Of a stretch of 64,000 bases of DNA, positions 1-11,769 are shown piece after piece. This stretch comes from Ptychomitrium polyphyllum (taxonomy: Eukaryota): assembly GCA_973851085.1 (NCBI GenBank), contig OZ316775.1, positions 18,104,001-18,168,000 of the forward strand, given 5' to 3'. Position 1 is the first letter of the stretch, and each line of letters begins with the position of its first letter. The notes under the pieces are model-generated. The model did no database searches and was not told the DNA's origin. It saw nothing but the letters and a program-made list of their open reading frames with translations. The translations under genes and the position numbers were made by a program.

Positions 1-884
1 ATATAAGGCTAACGGTGGCACACGAAGCACATATATGAAGTGAAAGAATTGGATGTTTTTAGGTTAAGTCATGTGAGTGCCAGTTTGTAAGAATTTGTGT
101 AGTGGAAACGGCATTATGCCCAATGTTGTAGGGGACCAATGTAAGTTAATGAAATCTTTGATCATTTGTTCCAAAGGTGGAACCTAAAGAAATTTCCAGA
201 ACTTCAAAGATTATCTTCCTACAAACAAAGTTTGAATCTCCATTGCAAATGGTAAATCCACTCCTTTGGTTTGATAGGAGAATATTGACTTGGGATTCAT
301 CAATCTCTAAAGGTTGATACTCCACAAGAGAATCTTATCTAATCTTTATATAACTTTCTTGTATTTATACTCATATTATTGAATATTCCATTAAACAATG
401 AGATTTGTCTTCATTTCTCTCATTATCACTCTTCCATCCTTCCATCTAAGTGGCCTTGTATTTGTCATAAATTTGTTCAAAAATCTAAATTTGAATTAAA
501 TAAGCTTCAATCTATATTTTCATGCTTGAAATTTATCTTTTCTAAGAATGAATGAAAAGGCCTTTAATCCCAAAGCAAGTGAGTCATCTTTTCTCCTACC
601 TTTACTTTGATAATATGAAATTTTAATCTCATTTGGAAACAACATTTTGTTTATAAAGAATTTTGCCAAACATTCTTTTTTTTGTCTTTTATTGGAGATC
701 AATTCACCAATCTCTTGGTCCATATGAATAACAATACCTATAATATTAATAAATACAATGCATATATTAAGCTAAAACAAATGTTATATTTTACATATAA
801 AATGAAATAAAATAATATTTATATGTTTCAAATGAATATACCATGTGTGTTTCTTGTATGTAAAAATCTCGGCTGGGATTTTTG

Positions 885-2251
885 TGTCATGCCTTTTGGA
901 CTTACCAATGCACCCGCCATTTTTGAACACTTGATGAATGATATATTTTGGGAATGCCGCGATGATTTTATTGTATGCTATCTAGATGATATCTTGATCT
1001 ATTCAAAGAATCCAAAAGAACTTGAACGACATGTTCGCATAGTCCTATAAGAGCTATAAGATGTCGATTTGTATGCCAAGCTGGAGAAATGTATATTCCA
1101 TGAACCTCAAGTGGAATTCCTTGGTTATATAATCTCCAACAAAGAATTATTGATAGATCCAAAGAAGGTCAAAGCAGTTAGCAATTGAAAGAGGCCAAAA
1201 TCAATACGTTAGGTCCAATACTTTCTTGGATTTGCAAACTTTTATAGGATCTTCATCGAGGACTATTCTTGAATAGCTACACCACTCGCGGGACTAACAT
1301 GCAAGGAAAAGCTTGAATGGAGATCTGATGCTGAGGATGCATTCCAAAGTTTGAAGCGAGCTTTTACCACAGCTCTTATTCTGGTCCATCCGGACTTTCC
1401 AAAGCAATTTTATCTTGAAATAGATGCTTTCGACTTTGCACTAGAAGCAATTTTGCCACAAATGGGGAAAGAAAGGAGACTCCATTCAATTGCATTCCAT
1501 TCCAAAAAAAATTCAGGTGCAAAAATCAACTACGAAATCCACAACAAGGAATTCCTTGCAATTGTGGATTCTTTCCAAAAATGGCGTCACTTACTCGAGG
1601 GGGCCGCGCATCCAGTGATTGTATATACAAATCACAAGAACTTGAATATTTCATATCAGCCCATGTTTTGAATTGCCGCTAAGCTTGTTGGAGTATGTCT
1701 CTATCTTGATTTGATTTTTGCATTACATATTGACCCGGAAAATAACAAGGGTTATCAGATGCTTTGTCAAGGCGATCATACATTGCGCCAAAAGGAGGGA
1801 GAGGCAGCACACAATTAACAAGCAACTTTGTTGAAACCCAAATGGTTATATATACACACAACCACCATTTCAACTTTGGAGGATTCATTGTTCCTTGACC
1901 AGGTGCGTGTGGCATCTATTAAGGACCCTCTTATTTTTTATATCAAGCGTCGTTCCAACAACCTCCCTAAAGATGTGTCTAAGTTCAAATTAGAAGACAA
2001 CCTTCTCTACTTTGAAGAACGTCTATATATTCCTGAAGGACCAGTTTGCCTTTGTGTACTTAAAATACGTCATGGCTTTCCTGCAGCTGGACATTTTGGA
2101 TTCAACAAAACTTTAGAACTCCTCTCTCTCGACTTTTGGGGGCTTCAAATGTGGAAGGCCGTTAAGGAGTTTGTACTCTTGTGTGATACTTGCTCTAGGT
2201 CGAAAAATCCTCGACACCGTCCATATGGACTTCTCCAACCACTACCCATTC
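885..2251 (+). mobile_element. Decayed Ty3/gypsy pol fragment of family A (RT C-half, RNase H, integrase zinc-finger region)
   Basis: ORFs give VMPFGLTNAPA, YLDDILIYS, RNase H (EIDAFDFAL..., NYEIHNKEFLAIV) and integrase HHCC (GHFG...CDTC). It contains stops and frameshifts and is a ~99% direct copy of 28626-29674. Confidence 0.95.
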
Positions 2252-4815
2252 TTGTAACTCAATAGTACAATCAAAAGGCCAATGCTTTGGTAATACATCT
2301 GCATTTTATTTTTCAAAAACGTCTTTATAATCTTGATATTGACAAGGTATATTTCAATTAGTCTCTATTATAAAGCTGGACACTGATGTGGCATAAATGG
2401 CATAGATTGGTTCATCCTTTGTCGCTCTCATAAATGCCTTAGCTTCAATAAATGATGGTCTAATATTCCTTATACCTTGACAACTTTTTTCTAAGACCAC
2501 AGTCCGTAAGAGCCAATTAATGTCTGGATTATATAATTCAAACCAAAGAAGGCCCAAGACGATATGATTTGTTCAACATTGAATGATGTTGAAAACAATC
2601 TTAGATGCTTGGTCTTCTAAAATAACCTCAAATGATTGAATTTCTTCAATAACATTGCCAGACGCAAGAGATTGTTCATCAATAACTTCAACAGGTGCGG
2701 GGTATTTTTTATTCACAAGCCTCATGTGATATTTGGTTGCAAAATCCTTATTCATAAAATACACCGTTGCACAAGTGTCCAAAAGAGCTTCACTGACTAT
2801 TTCATCATCTAATAATTTAATTTTGATAGGAAATGTAAAGCAAAAGATAGAGCTTGAAGGTAATAAAAGGCCTTGATTTGATGGTAGTTTTCTTGTGGTG
2901 TCTAGTCGCATGGTCCCTACTGTGATTGGACGGCCTCGTTTTTCAACTCTACCATTGTGCTTTGAGCCTTAAAGGCAAATCCTTTAATTTGGCAATTGTG
3001 CACTTTATGTCCAGACTTGCCACAATACAAACATAGATTTCTTCTTTGACGCCTTTCTTTTACTTTTGTAATCAAACGTCTAAACTGGACAGCATCAATT
3101 TGCATAGATTCTGATCCTTATGGTTGGCTATCCGATGCTCTTAAAGAAGTAGTAGCCATGCTTTAATGTACTAGTCGCCATTCCAAGCGTTGTTCTTGGC
3201 GCCTTTCAAACAGTATATTGTCACATGCTATTGCATAAGTGATGAATTCGTCCAATATTTCTATTCTTGGCATTGTGAGTAGCAAGTCCTTCACATTCTC
3301 CTATAAGCTCCATCGGAATCGTGTGACCAAGGCCTTATCATATCAATCAAGGTCGCGAGCTCATTGTTGAAACTCTGCAGCATATGTAGCAATTGAGCGT
3401 TGTCCTTGTTGTAGACTTTGGATCCTTGTCTCAGCCACCCTCTCTTGGTCGGTGTCTCTAAAAGTAGATGTGAATGCTTCTATGAAAGCATCTAAGTTGT
3501 TAAATAATGGTGAATACTTTTCCATTAATGGTGCAAACTATGAAAGTGCGTTGTTTGATAAAAGAGTGGCTACAAATACCACTTGAGTTGTGCCATCAAG
3601 ATAGCAAGATTGACGCAAAGTAAAGAAGAACCTTACTTATTGAACAAAGCTTCTTAATTTTGATCTTAATCAATTGAACTTGTCAAGTATGCAAATCTTT
3701 GGCTTTGCATGGGTTCGACGTAAGCCTTCTCTTCCAATATTGGCCTCTTGCAATTAAACAACTTCTTGATATAGACTTTAAATATCACCATTGAATTTGT
3801 CAGCTTACCAAGTGTGCTGCTCTAAATTGTTGATGGTGTTGAAGTGAGCGAGTTTCGTTCAAACTGTGTTTAATAACTCTTGAAGGTCTGCAATAGTTGC
3901 AAACTTACTTTCTGATGTTCCAAGCACATTATCAATTTCTTAAAATTGTCAAAGATAAGAAGACTATGAGTATCTTCAAAAAAGGGTAATCCACGTCCTT
4001 TGAAAGAAATAATATTTGATTTTAGATGGAAAAACCAACTCTATAGTACTAGGTTTAAAGAGAGTAATCCGCAATCTCTAAGATGCTATGGGATCCTAAA
4101 AAAGATGGATAATCCACAATCTTCTTCAAAGAACCTTAGCTCTAACAAAGATAGAGAAGAATCTTGCCAAATAGTTAGAGATAGAAGAAACAAGACGCAA
4201 AAACAAAGTGTTTTCCGAGAGTTTGCTTGCAGAGAGCTAATGATTAACAAGAACTTGATACGAAGTCTAGAACAAAGCAGGATTCAAGATGATCCACAAT
4301 TTGTGTTGGCGAGACTAACGAATACCTTGTCTTGCCTCCCATTTATACAGTGACTCTTGTATCTCCTAGGATATTTCTAAAGAAGCTTCCTATAAGGTTT
4401 TAAAATGTTCTAGAAGTCTAGAAAACCTTCCTAAGAAGTTTCCTAAGATGTTGGAACCTTCCTTGGAAATTCCGTAGGAGAGCAGAACCTTCTTAGGAAG
4501 TTTCTAAAAGAGATAGAACCTTCTTAGGAAGTTTCCTAAGGAAGTGGAACTTTTCAAGGAAGTTTGCTAAGATGATAGAACCTTCCTAGGAATTTTCTTA
4601 AAGTAATGGAATATTTGTAGGAAGTTTCCTAAGAAGTTACCTAAGATGGCGCCTTCCAAGGAAATTTTCTAAGGTGGTGGAACTGTCTTAGAAAGCTTTC
4701 TCAAAACATGGAAAGGCTATGGAGACATTTAAAAGTAACCTAAGAAGCTATTATAGAATACTAGAAGGTTCTGGATTGTTCTAAGGACTATATTGCATGA
4801 TCTATGTTCGTGACA
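2252..4815 (-). mobile_element. 5'-half of a decayed Ty3/gypsy element of family B: 5' LTR (4815-4173), gag with CCHC knuckle, aspartic protease, truncated before RT
   Basis: On the minus strand the LTR begins TGTCACGAACATAG at 4815. Gag gives MQIDAV...CLYCGKSGHKVHNC (3105-2917) and protease gives ALLDTCAT (2911-2573). The YKDVFEK.NADVLPKH remnant ends at ~2252. Confidence 0.92.
4430..4700. repeat. ~31-bp degenerate tandem repeat inside the family B LTR (also at ~8050-8330 and ~25095-25375); related ~30-31-bp repeats lie in the family A LTRs (~9520-9830, ~31385-31490)
   Basis: GAACCT-like cores recur at a 31-bp spacing from about 4455 to 4578. The unit is approximately AGGAAGTTTCCTAAGATGATAGAACCTTCCT. 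Confidence 0.85.
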
Positions 4816-6511
4816 ATACCTTGTTCAAAATGTCGTCTTCCATGTGTCTCCTTCTATGATGCGCACCAAATTGTACGCTCCTTGCAGGTCTATTTTGGTA
4901 TAGATCTTTGCTTGGCCGAGTTTATCAAGAAGCTGATATTAATGGCAATGGATATCGGTTCTTCACTGTCATTTTATTGAAGCCACGGTCATAGACACAT
5001 ATTTATAAGGATCCATCTTTCTTCTTTACAAAAAAAGATTGGAACACCAACAAGAGACTTTGAATGTTGTATAAAGTTCTTGGCTAAGTTTTCATCAATA
5101 TACTCCTTTAGTGATGAAAGTTCATTTTGGGATAAATTATAAATAGGTCCAAATGGTGGCTGGGCACCGTCTTGGAGGTCTATGGCACAGTTATAAAGAT
5201 GATGTTCTGGTAGGATGTCTACATTCTTCTTCTTGAATACATCGTTGAATTCCTTATACTTTTTTGGAATGATTGAGGATGAAGCTACAATTTTGGACGT
5301 TGAAATTGCATACACAGCAAAAGAAGCACCAGTCTTTGCTGCTCTCATAAATGCTCTAGCTCCAATAAAGAGAGGCTTTTTAGATCTATAAGATGCTTCA
5401 ACTTCTTCCATAGGCTTAGTAATTACAAGCTTTAATGATGAAAATTCTATTTTACGAGATGCCCAATCTATCTGTGTATTGTATTTTTCAAGCCAAGAAA
5501 GCCCTAGAATGATGGGACTTGACAAAGACCTAATGACATTAACTATCATTTGACTACTATGGTTGTTCAATGTTACTGTTAATGGATTGGTTTCATGAAT
5601 AATATCTCCAAAAGATAACGGTCAACCATTTATGACTTCTACATGGACGGATTTGGGTTTCTACTAAAAAAGAACTTATGGATTTTCATAAATTCTTTGT
5701 CAATAAAACAAGCAGAGGCTCTTGAATCTATTAGATCAAGGCTTTTGAGCTTCTGAACACTTAAACATAGAAGTATAGTAAAACAAGAGGAAGGATGGGC
5801 TGACAGAATAGGACCTTTGTTTTCTTGCAAAGGAAGCGGATTGAGCGGCACGGTTCCTACCATGGCTGGACGTCCTTGTTTTCTTGCAAAGCATTTGGCA
5901 TGGTGGTTGTACCTCTCATCCGATATGTACGTCGAGGTTTGTCTGGACAGTTATTAACCTTGTGGCCAGATTTTCCACAATACAAACATAACCCTTGTTC
6001 CCTTTGTCGCTTCTATTCATGTTCGGTAAGGAGTTTGAAGCAAACCGCATCAATCTGCATGGCTTCTGCTCCCAAATACTTATTAGAGGTAGACGGAGCT
6101 GCAACTACTAAAAATTTGATATAAAGCCAAGGCGTAATCAAAGTCTGTTTATCTTATCGACGTTGAAATAGACAATTATCGCACTTCAAATCTTGGCTGA
6201 TGGCCTCATCAAGTGTTTAGAGATCTGGCATGGATAGCAATAAATCCTTAACCTCATCGCGTACGCCCCGATAAAATTGACTCATCAGCGCTTCTTCTGC
6301 CCAATTGATGTCGCATGCAAGTTGTCAAAATTTTGATGCATAAATTGACATAGAACGTGGCCCTTGGCGCAAGGCACAAATCTTAGTAGTTGCAAAATGA
6401 AACTTGTCATGGTTATCAAATGCTTCTACAAATGCGGCTAAAAACGCATCAAAGTTGCTAAATATGAGGGAATTCTTCTCAAAAAGTGGTACAAACTATG
6501 ACAATGCTTTT

Positions 6512-7939
6512 TATGAGCCAAAGAAGTGGCTTAATTGGTGAATTTTTATTTATTGTTAACCATTAGCATTAATTGCAAGGAAAAAGATTTTTAATAGCAC
6601 CAATTAGAATCATTGTAGTGACTTAGTAATCTTAAGGGTGGTTAGGCTAGTTAGGTTCCTGAAAAATATCAAAAAATTATGGTAGCTACTTTTTATTGCA
6701 AAGAAGTGAAATAGTGGTTAAAGATAACTAGTATTTTAGAATAATAAATCACGGTTAATTTTGGTAACATGATAGTATTTAGTTAGTGGAAATTTAGATG
6801 AATTAATTGAAATCAATTGTAAGTAGGTAAGAACATAAGTTAAGTTAGTATGACCATCTAAGTTATTGCAAAGAGTTAGAAATGGTCGAGATTGGTTAGG
6901 AGTCCACTTTGTCATTGAGATAATGCGGCTTAGTCTAAAATTAGATGCTGGAGTTCAAAAGTTAGGGCACTATGCTAAGACATAGAAAGGTGGCCAAAGC
7001 TAGAAGTAGAAGAAGAGAATGAGGGTGAAAGTGGAGAATGCCAAAAGTTTGATAGAAGATTGCAAACAAACAATTGTAGTCATGATAGTAAATTTTTGTA
7101 GCAAAGAAGTAAAAGCAGTAAGGACTCTAATAAGTTAAGGATCGTCCAAGTCTAATGAGGGACAAGGCAGTGGCGGTGTTTTTAGTAGAAGGAGGTTGGC
7201 TGTTGTCGCAATTCAAGATATTCAACTTTGGAGGAGCGAATCATTGTGCATACAATTCCAAACAGAGCAAGAATTTTTGGAAATAATATATCAAGTTGTA
7301 AAGACTCTATATACACCAAGATCACAAGATTTGAAGCTATAAAACGTGGGTGGCAGCCGATTTGGTACGACAAGGTCTACAGCCGGCGATTTCATTACGC
7401 CTATTAAGGGTTGAAACTTGCCCTCAGATTTTGGTTATTTTCTCTTACTCCTTTAAGATTGAGGTTTGAAATTTTAAAAGAAGTTAGATCTAATAGTTGC
7501 GGTTCTATAGACACTAAGATCATAAGATTTAAAGTTGTGAAGTGCCCGTGGCATCCAATTTGGTGTGAAGAGATCTTAGTGCCTTAAATGTAAAGTGTTG
7601 TGAAGTTGAGTAGAGTAATAGTTTGGTGGCTAGTGGTTTGGACCATCAAATAAGGGAAAACTCTTTCTTAAATCAAGGCCAATCAACTCACTAAAGCTTT
7701 TTAAAATATGAAGTCATTAAAATTGTAGTAAACAACTAGTAATTTAGCACATAGTTATTTTATTACACTTCTAGTTAGATGTTTAATAATGTATGAGAAA
7801 ACTTGAACAATCATGAATTTGATTCTAATTTAATTAAATATGACCTCTAACTACAACGCAACTAAGATGACCATAGCCTAATTAGAACTGTGAGAACTAG
7901 ATTGGCCTTTTGTATAGCAAGGAATAATTTAGGCTCACA
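6512..7939. mobile_element. Solo LTR of a third family (C, 1428 bp) inserted in gag of the left A copy
   Basis: Termini are TATGAGCC...GGCTCACA (8-bp inverted ends, one transition). It is the exact mirror of 25485-26912. Confidence 0.75.
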
Positions 7940-7940
7940 C

Positions 7941-8585
7941 TGTCACGGACATAGATCATGCAACATACTCTTTAGAACATTCTAGAACCTTCTAGTATAT
8001 TATAATAGCATCTTATAATACTTTTAAATGTCTCCATAGCCTTTCCATGTTCTTAGGAAGCTTCCTAGGAAAGTTCCTCCACCTTACAAAACTTCCTAGG
8101 AAGGTTCTATCATCTTAGGTAATTTATGAGGAAACTTCCTATGAAGATTCCATCACCTTAGGAAACTTCCTCATAAGGTTCTATCATCATAGAAAACTTC
8201 CTAGGAAGATTCTACCTCTTTGGGAAACTTCCTAAGAAGGTTCCGCTACCTTAAGAAACTTCCAAGGAAGGTTCCAACTCCTTGGAAGACTCTTAGGAAG
8301 CTTCCAACATCTTAGGAAATTTCTTAAAAAAGTTCCCTAGACTTCTAGAACATTCTTAAGCCTTGTAGGAAGCTTGTTTAGAAGCATCCCAGGAGATATA
8401 AACGTCATATTATAAATAGGAGACAAGACAAGGTATTCATTAGTCTTGCCAATACAAGTTGTGAATCATCTTGAATCCTGCCTTGTTCTAGACTTTGTAT
8501 CAAGTTCTTGTTAATCATTAGCTCTTTGGAAGCTAATTCTTGGGAAACACTTTGTTTTTGCTTCTTGTTTCTTGTGTCCCTAACA
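7941..8585 (+). mobile_element. Solo LTR of family B (645 bp) with 5-bp TSD CACAC
   Basis: Ends are TGTCACGG...CCTAACA, with CACAC at 7936-7940 and 8586-8590. It is homologous to the LTR at 4173-4815. Confidence 0.92.
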
Positions 8586-10310
8586 CACACTTGTCTTGAG
8601 AACAACGTTCCTACCAAACCAATATGCGATGTGTCTATAGAATACCGCTGAGGTTGAAGCAAGGTAACAAATTGAACTTGGTTTACATAGCCTCGGTTTT
8701 TAAAACGCGTACCATCAAACTTCTTTAGAAGGCTGATTCTTGGTTCTTTGGTTATTGACATTGATTTCTTGGCTTGATCTTGCCCATTATCTACCAAATC
8801 AAATCTAGACGATAAAGCACCAAAGTTAACTTGAAATAGCAATTGCAGATTTCTTGCTCCTTGGCCATTGTGTATGGTCAAATACCCTTGGACAAAATGA
8901 AAATGCTGTCTAATTTAGCCAAACAGGTCAAAGCCTGGTTTAAAGTCAAGTTCTTTGTTTTGTTTGGATAAAGTCTTGGTCTTGATCCTCAATACTTCAA
9001 AGGCATTGATAATGGAATCTAACTTTGTTTCTTTTGAATCAATTATATTGACTTCTTCACCTCCTGGCATAGAAATGAAGTGGGAATTGATAAAGCTTGC
9101 TAGTTATGCAAGAAATTAAAGAAAATTCAAGAAGAAATGTAAGTCTAGAAGAGAGTAATCCGCAACTTCTAGAGTGCTATAGTGCTTTTGAAAAAGAGCG
9201 GTGATTTGCTCTCTATTGAGAAAGACCAAGCCCTGATATTGTTGTATAACAGTCTCGACAAACTGTTACGGATAGAATAATCAAAAGATAAGGCTCTAGG
9301 ATTCTAGGATGTGGAACAAGATAAGTCCAAGTATATTAGAGGTAAAGAGCTACAACAAAGTACAAAAGACAAGGCTAGAAAGTCTGAAGTGAACCACAAG
9401 AGATGCGTTGTCGAGACTGAAGAGCTCTTGAGCCTTGACTTCTATATACACTAGAACTACAAGCCTTGAAAGCTTCTTGAGAAGCTTCACTTACATTACT
9501 ACGTACTCAAGTAACCTTGAGTTTCTTCCTTGGAATTTTCCTAGGCCAAAATAACTTCTTTGGAAGCTTTCTAAGCCAAGGCAACTTCCTTGGAAGCTTC
9601 CTAATCCGAAGGTAATTTCTTAAAAAACTTCCTAAGACAAGGCGACTTCCTCGAAAGGTTCTTGAACCCAAGGTAATTTCCTTAGAAGCTTCCTAAATCT
9701 TCCAAGAACCTTTCTTGATGCTTCGTAGGCTGAACTAATTTCCTTTGAAGCTTCCTAAGCTAATGTAACTTCTCAACCAAGAGGTAATTTCATGGAAGCT
9801 TTCCAAGTCAAGGAAACTTCTTTGGAAGCTTACTAAATCTTCTAAGATCCTTTTGAGATGCTTCTAATATGTATGTCCGTGATAACAATTATGTCAACTA
9901 TTAGTGAGTTCTTTCATTGAATGAATGAAGTGAATTTAGATTCCAAATATAAGCTAAAAATTAGTTAAAAGTAATGATTTTTCAAAATTTTAATTAACGT
10001 AAGAAAACATTGCTTTTTAATTTGTGCAATTCTTAGGGAACTATGATAAAATACAATTATCCTACAATTTTAAAGACATTTATGGTATATTCTATACAAA
10101 TTTTGTTTAAACCACAAAGATTAAAATTTTTGGAATACATTATTATGTCCTCTATAAGAACCACCTACCCAATGTTCTTCTTATGTAAATTCTTTAAATG
10201 TAATCTTTCTATGCTATTTAATTCTTATGAAGCATACAATAATCAAATTGATTCAAACAAATTGGAATGTAGAAGGAGTAAAAAAACAAAGTCAATAATG
10301 GTATCAAGAT

Positions 10311-10372
10311 TTAAGGTTTAGGATTTAGATTGTAGGGTTAGGGTTAGAGGATTCTATTTTAAGGGTTTAGGA
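10311..10372 (+). repeat. Short degenerate telomere-like (TTTAGGG/TTAGGG) tract
   Basis: ggtttaggatttagattgtagggttagggttagagg...aagggtttagg. Confidence 0.6.
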
Positions 10373-11769
10373 TGCAGTTAGTATGTATGTATGTCCAGCT
10401 TGATTCTTGAGCATTAGCTTGCATGCTGTAATAGCAGTTATTATATCCGCAGTTATTATATGTACTGGTACATATATCTAGTGGACAACTCGGGTTGCGT
10501 TTTGCACTTGCAAGTTATGGGAAGGACTGGTGATTTCGTGTTATCAGCGTCTGCATTCGGTCTTATTATACTGCAACATCCTGTTTGGTATGCTGAAACA
10601 TTATGTGGGTCATGTGGACCAGCTGGCACATCCTGTTCTGCTGTAGCTGTATGTATATCTGCTCGCCAGTGGTTGCCATGCTCTTGGCTTCGAGATTCTC
10701 TCCTTATGATCAGTTGCTACGAAAAGATTGCAGTCGAGACCGATGATGGGATGCCATCAACAAGGCTCATTGAGAGAATATTGAAATCCTCCTGTTTGCT
10801 TTGCTCTGCTATCTTGTGATTCTTGCTGCATTCTTCATTTTTATGGTGGGGTGATCTCCCGTTAAACGTGCTGAGTTGAGATCATCATCATTGTAAAATC
10901 TGGTCGTGACAATATTGTTGTGACAACTAGTTCCCTCGAAGTTTTGGCCAGGCCTGTCATGAGGCGGAAGGAAAATCCTCAACCAACCTCCCGCAGCGCA
11001 GAACAGATGGTTCTTGGTGTTTCCCATGAAGCGGCTTATTCAGTGACGACTCACATTTTTACAATTGCACAAAAAGAGCAACCGATGGATTCAATGCGAC
11101 GACAACAAACTGCACTAGAAAGTGTAGTGCGCAGCAGATGACTCTGTGTGGTGCGGGTACTGTATAGTCAGGATTGGAATACTCCAAGAATCTTCTTTGA
11201 GCTCTATGTAACCCTAGAACTCCACCCAGTTTGGTTTGGCAGGGTGTGCGTTGAGCGGGCATAACAGAAGTAGCGGGAGCTTTCACTGGGGCAGAGAGCG
11301 GACACTTGACGAGTTCGATCTCGTCTTGGAAAATACTAAGCTTACCCTGCCTCTTGTGTGTTGATTGTGTGTTTTTGGCTCAAGGGGAGTGTAGGCAGTA
11401 AATGCCTATACCCTTATTGGACGACTCAATAACCTAGATTGCATTTCATTTAAAGTGTTCTCTCACTATGCTTTACAGCTACAATTTGTCCATGTAGCGC
11501 ATAAGCTTCTGGAAAATGGTGCGATAGGAACGTGAACATATAAGCAGATCCTTGTGTAGGTAGCCCTCATCGTAAAATCCTAATTCCTAATGTGTTGAGG
11601 GCTGTCTCAACCTCAACATCATTCCTCATTCTGCCAGATGAGCTTGAAACGAGTGAGTAGATCGCTTTGCGCGAGGCATGCTTGCAGAGATCTGATTCAG
11701 GAGCATCGCTGCAGACGTAACTAGTGGGAGCTTCATTTACGATATCACTGCCGAGAAGGCACTCGGACA

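Larger units (their letters stand above)
4816..9884 (-). mobile_element. Family A Ty3/gypsy element, 5' part (5' LTR 9884-9264, gag, protease, start of RT), carrying two nested solo LTRs; inverted copy of the 23.9-28.6 kb element
   Basis: ORFs mirror those at 24.5-28.4 kb with a constant coordinate sum of 33424. Motifs seen: CLYCGKSGH knuckle, LIDSRAS protease, [27 protein letters not shown]. Confidence 0.93.

Noticed and set aside
1..884. AT-rich stretch with broken minus-strand reading frames, possibly an old transposon or viral relic
   Set aside because: No recognisable motif or terminus. A tblastx/HMM search would be needed.
4000..4353. 117-aa ORF similar to the end of the 158-aa ORF
   Set aside because: It is antisense to the family B LTR and leader. 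The similarity only reflects LTR homology.
4430..4700. Quasi-palindromic periodic repeats resembling a CRISPR array
   Set aside because: The units are degenerate head-to-tail 31-mers without unique spacers. They lie inside LTRs of a eukaryotic retroelement, and no cas genes are present.
8405..8881. 158-aa ORF and its mirror at 24543-25019
   Set aside because: Chance read-through from a gag remnant into the antisense of a nested solo LTR, not a gene.
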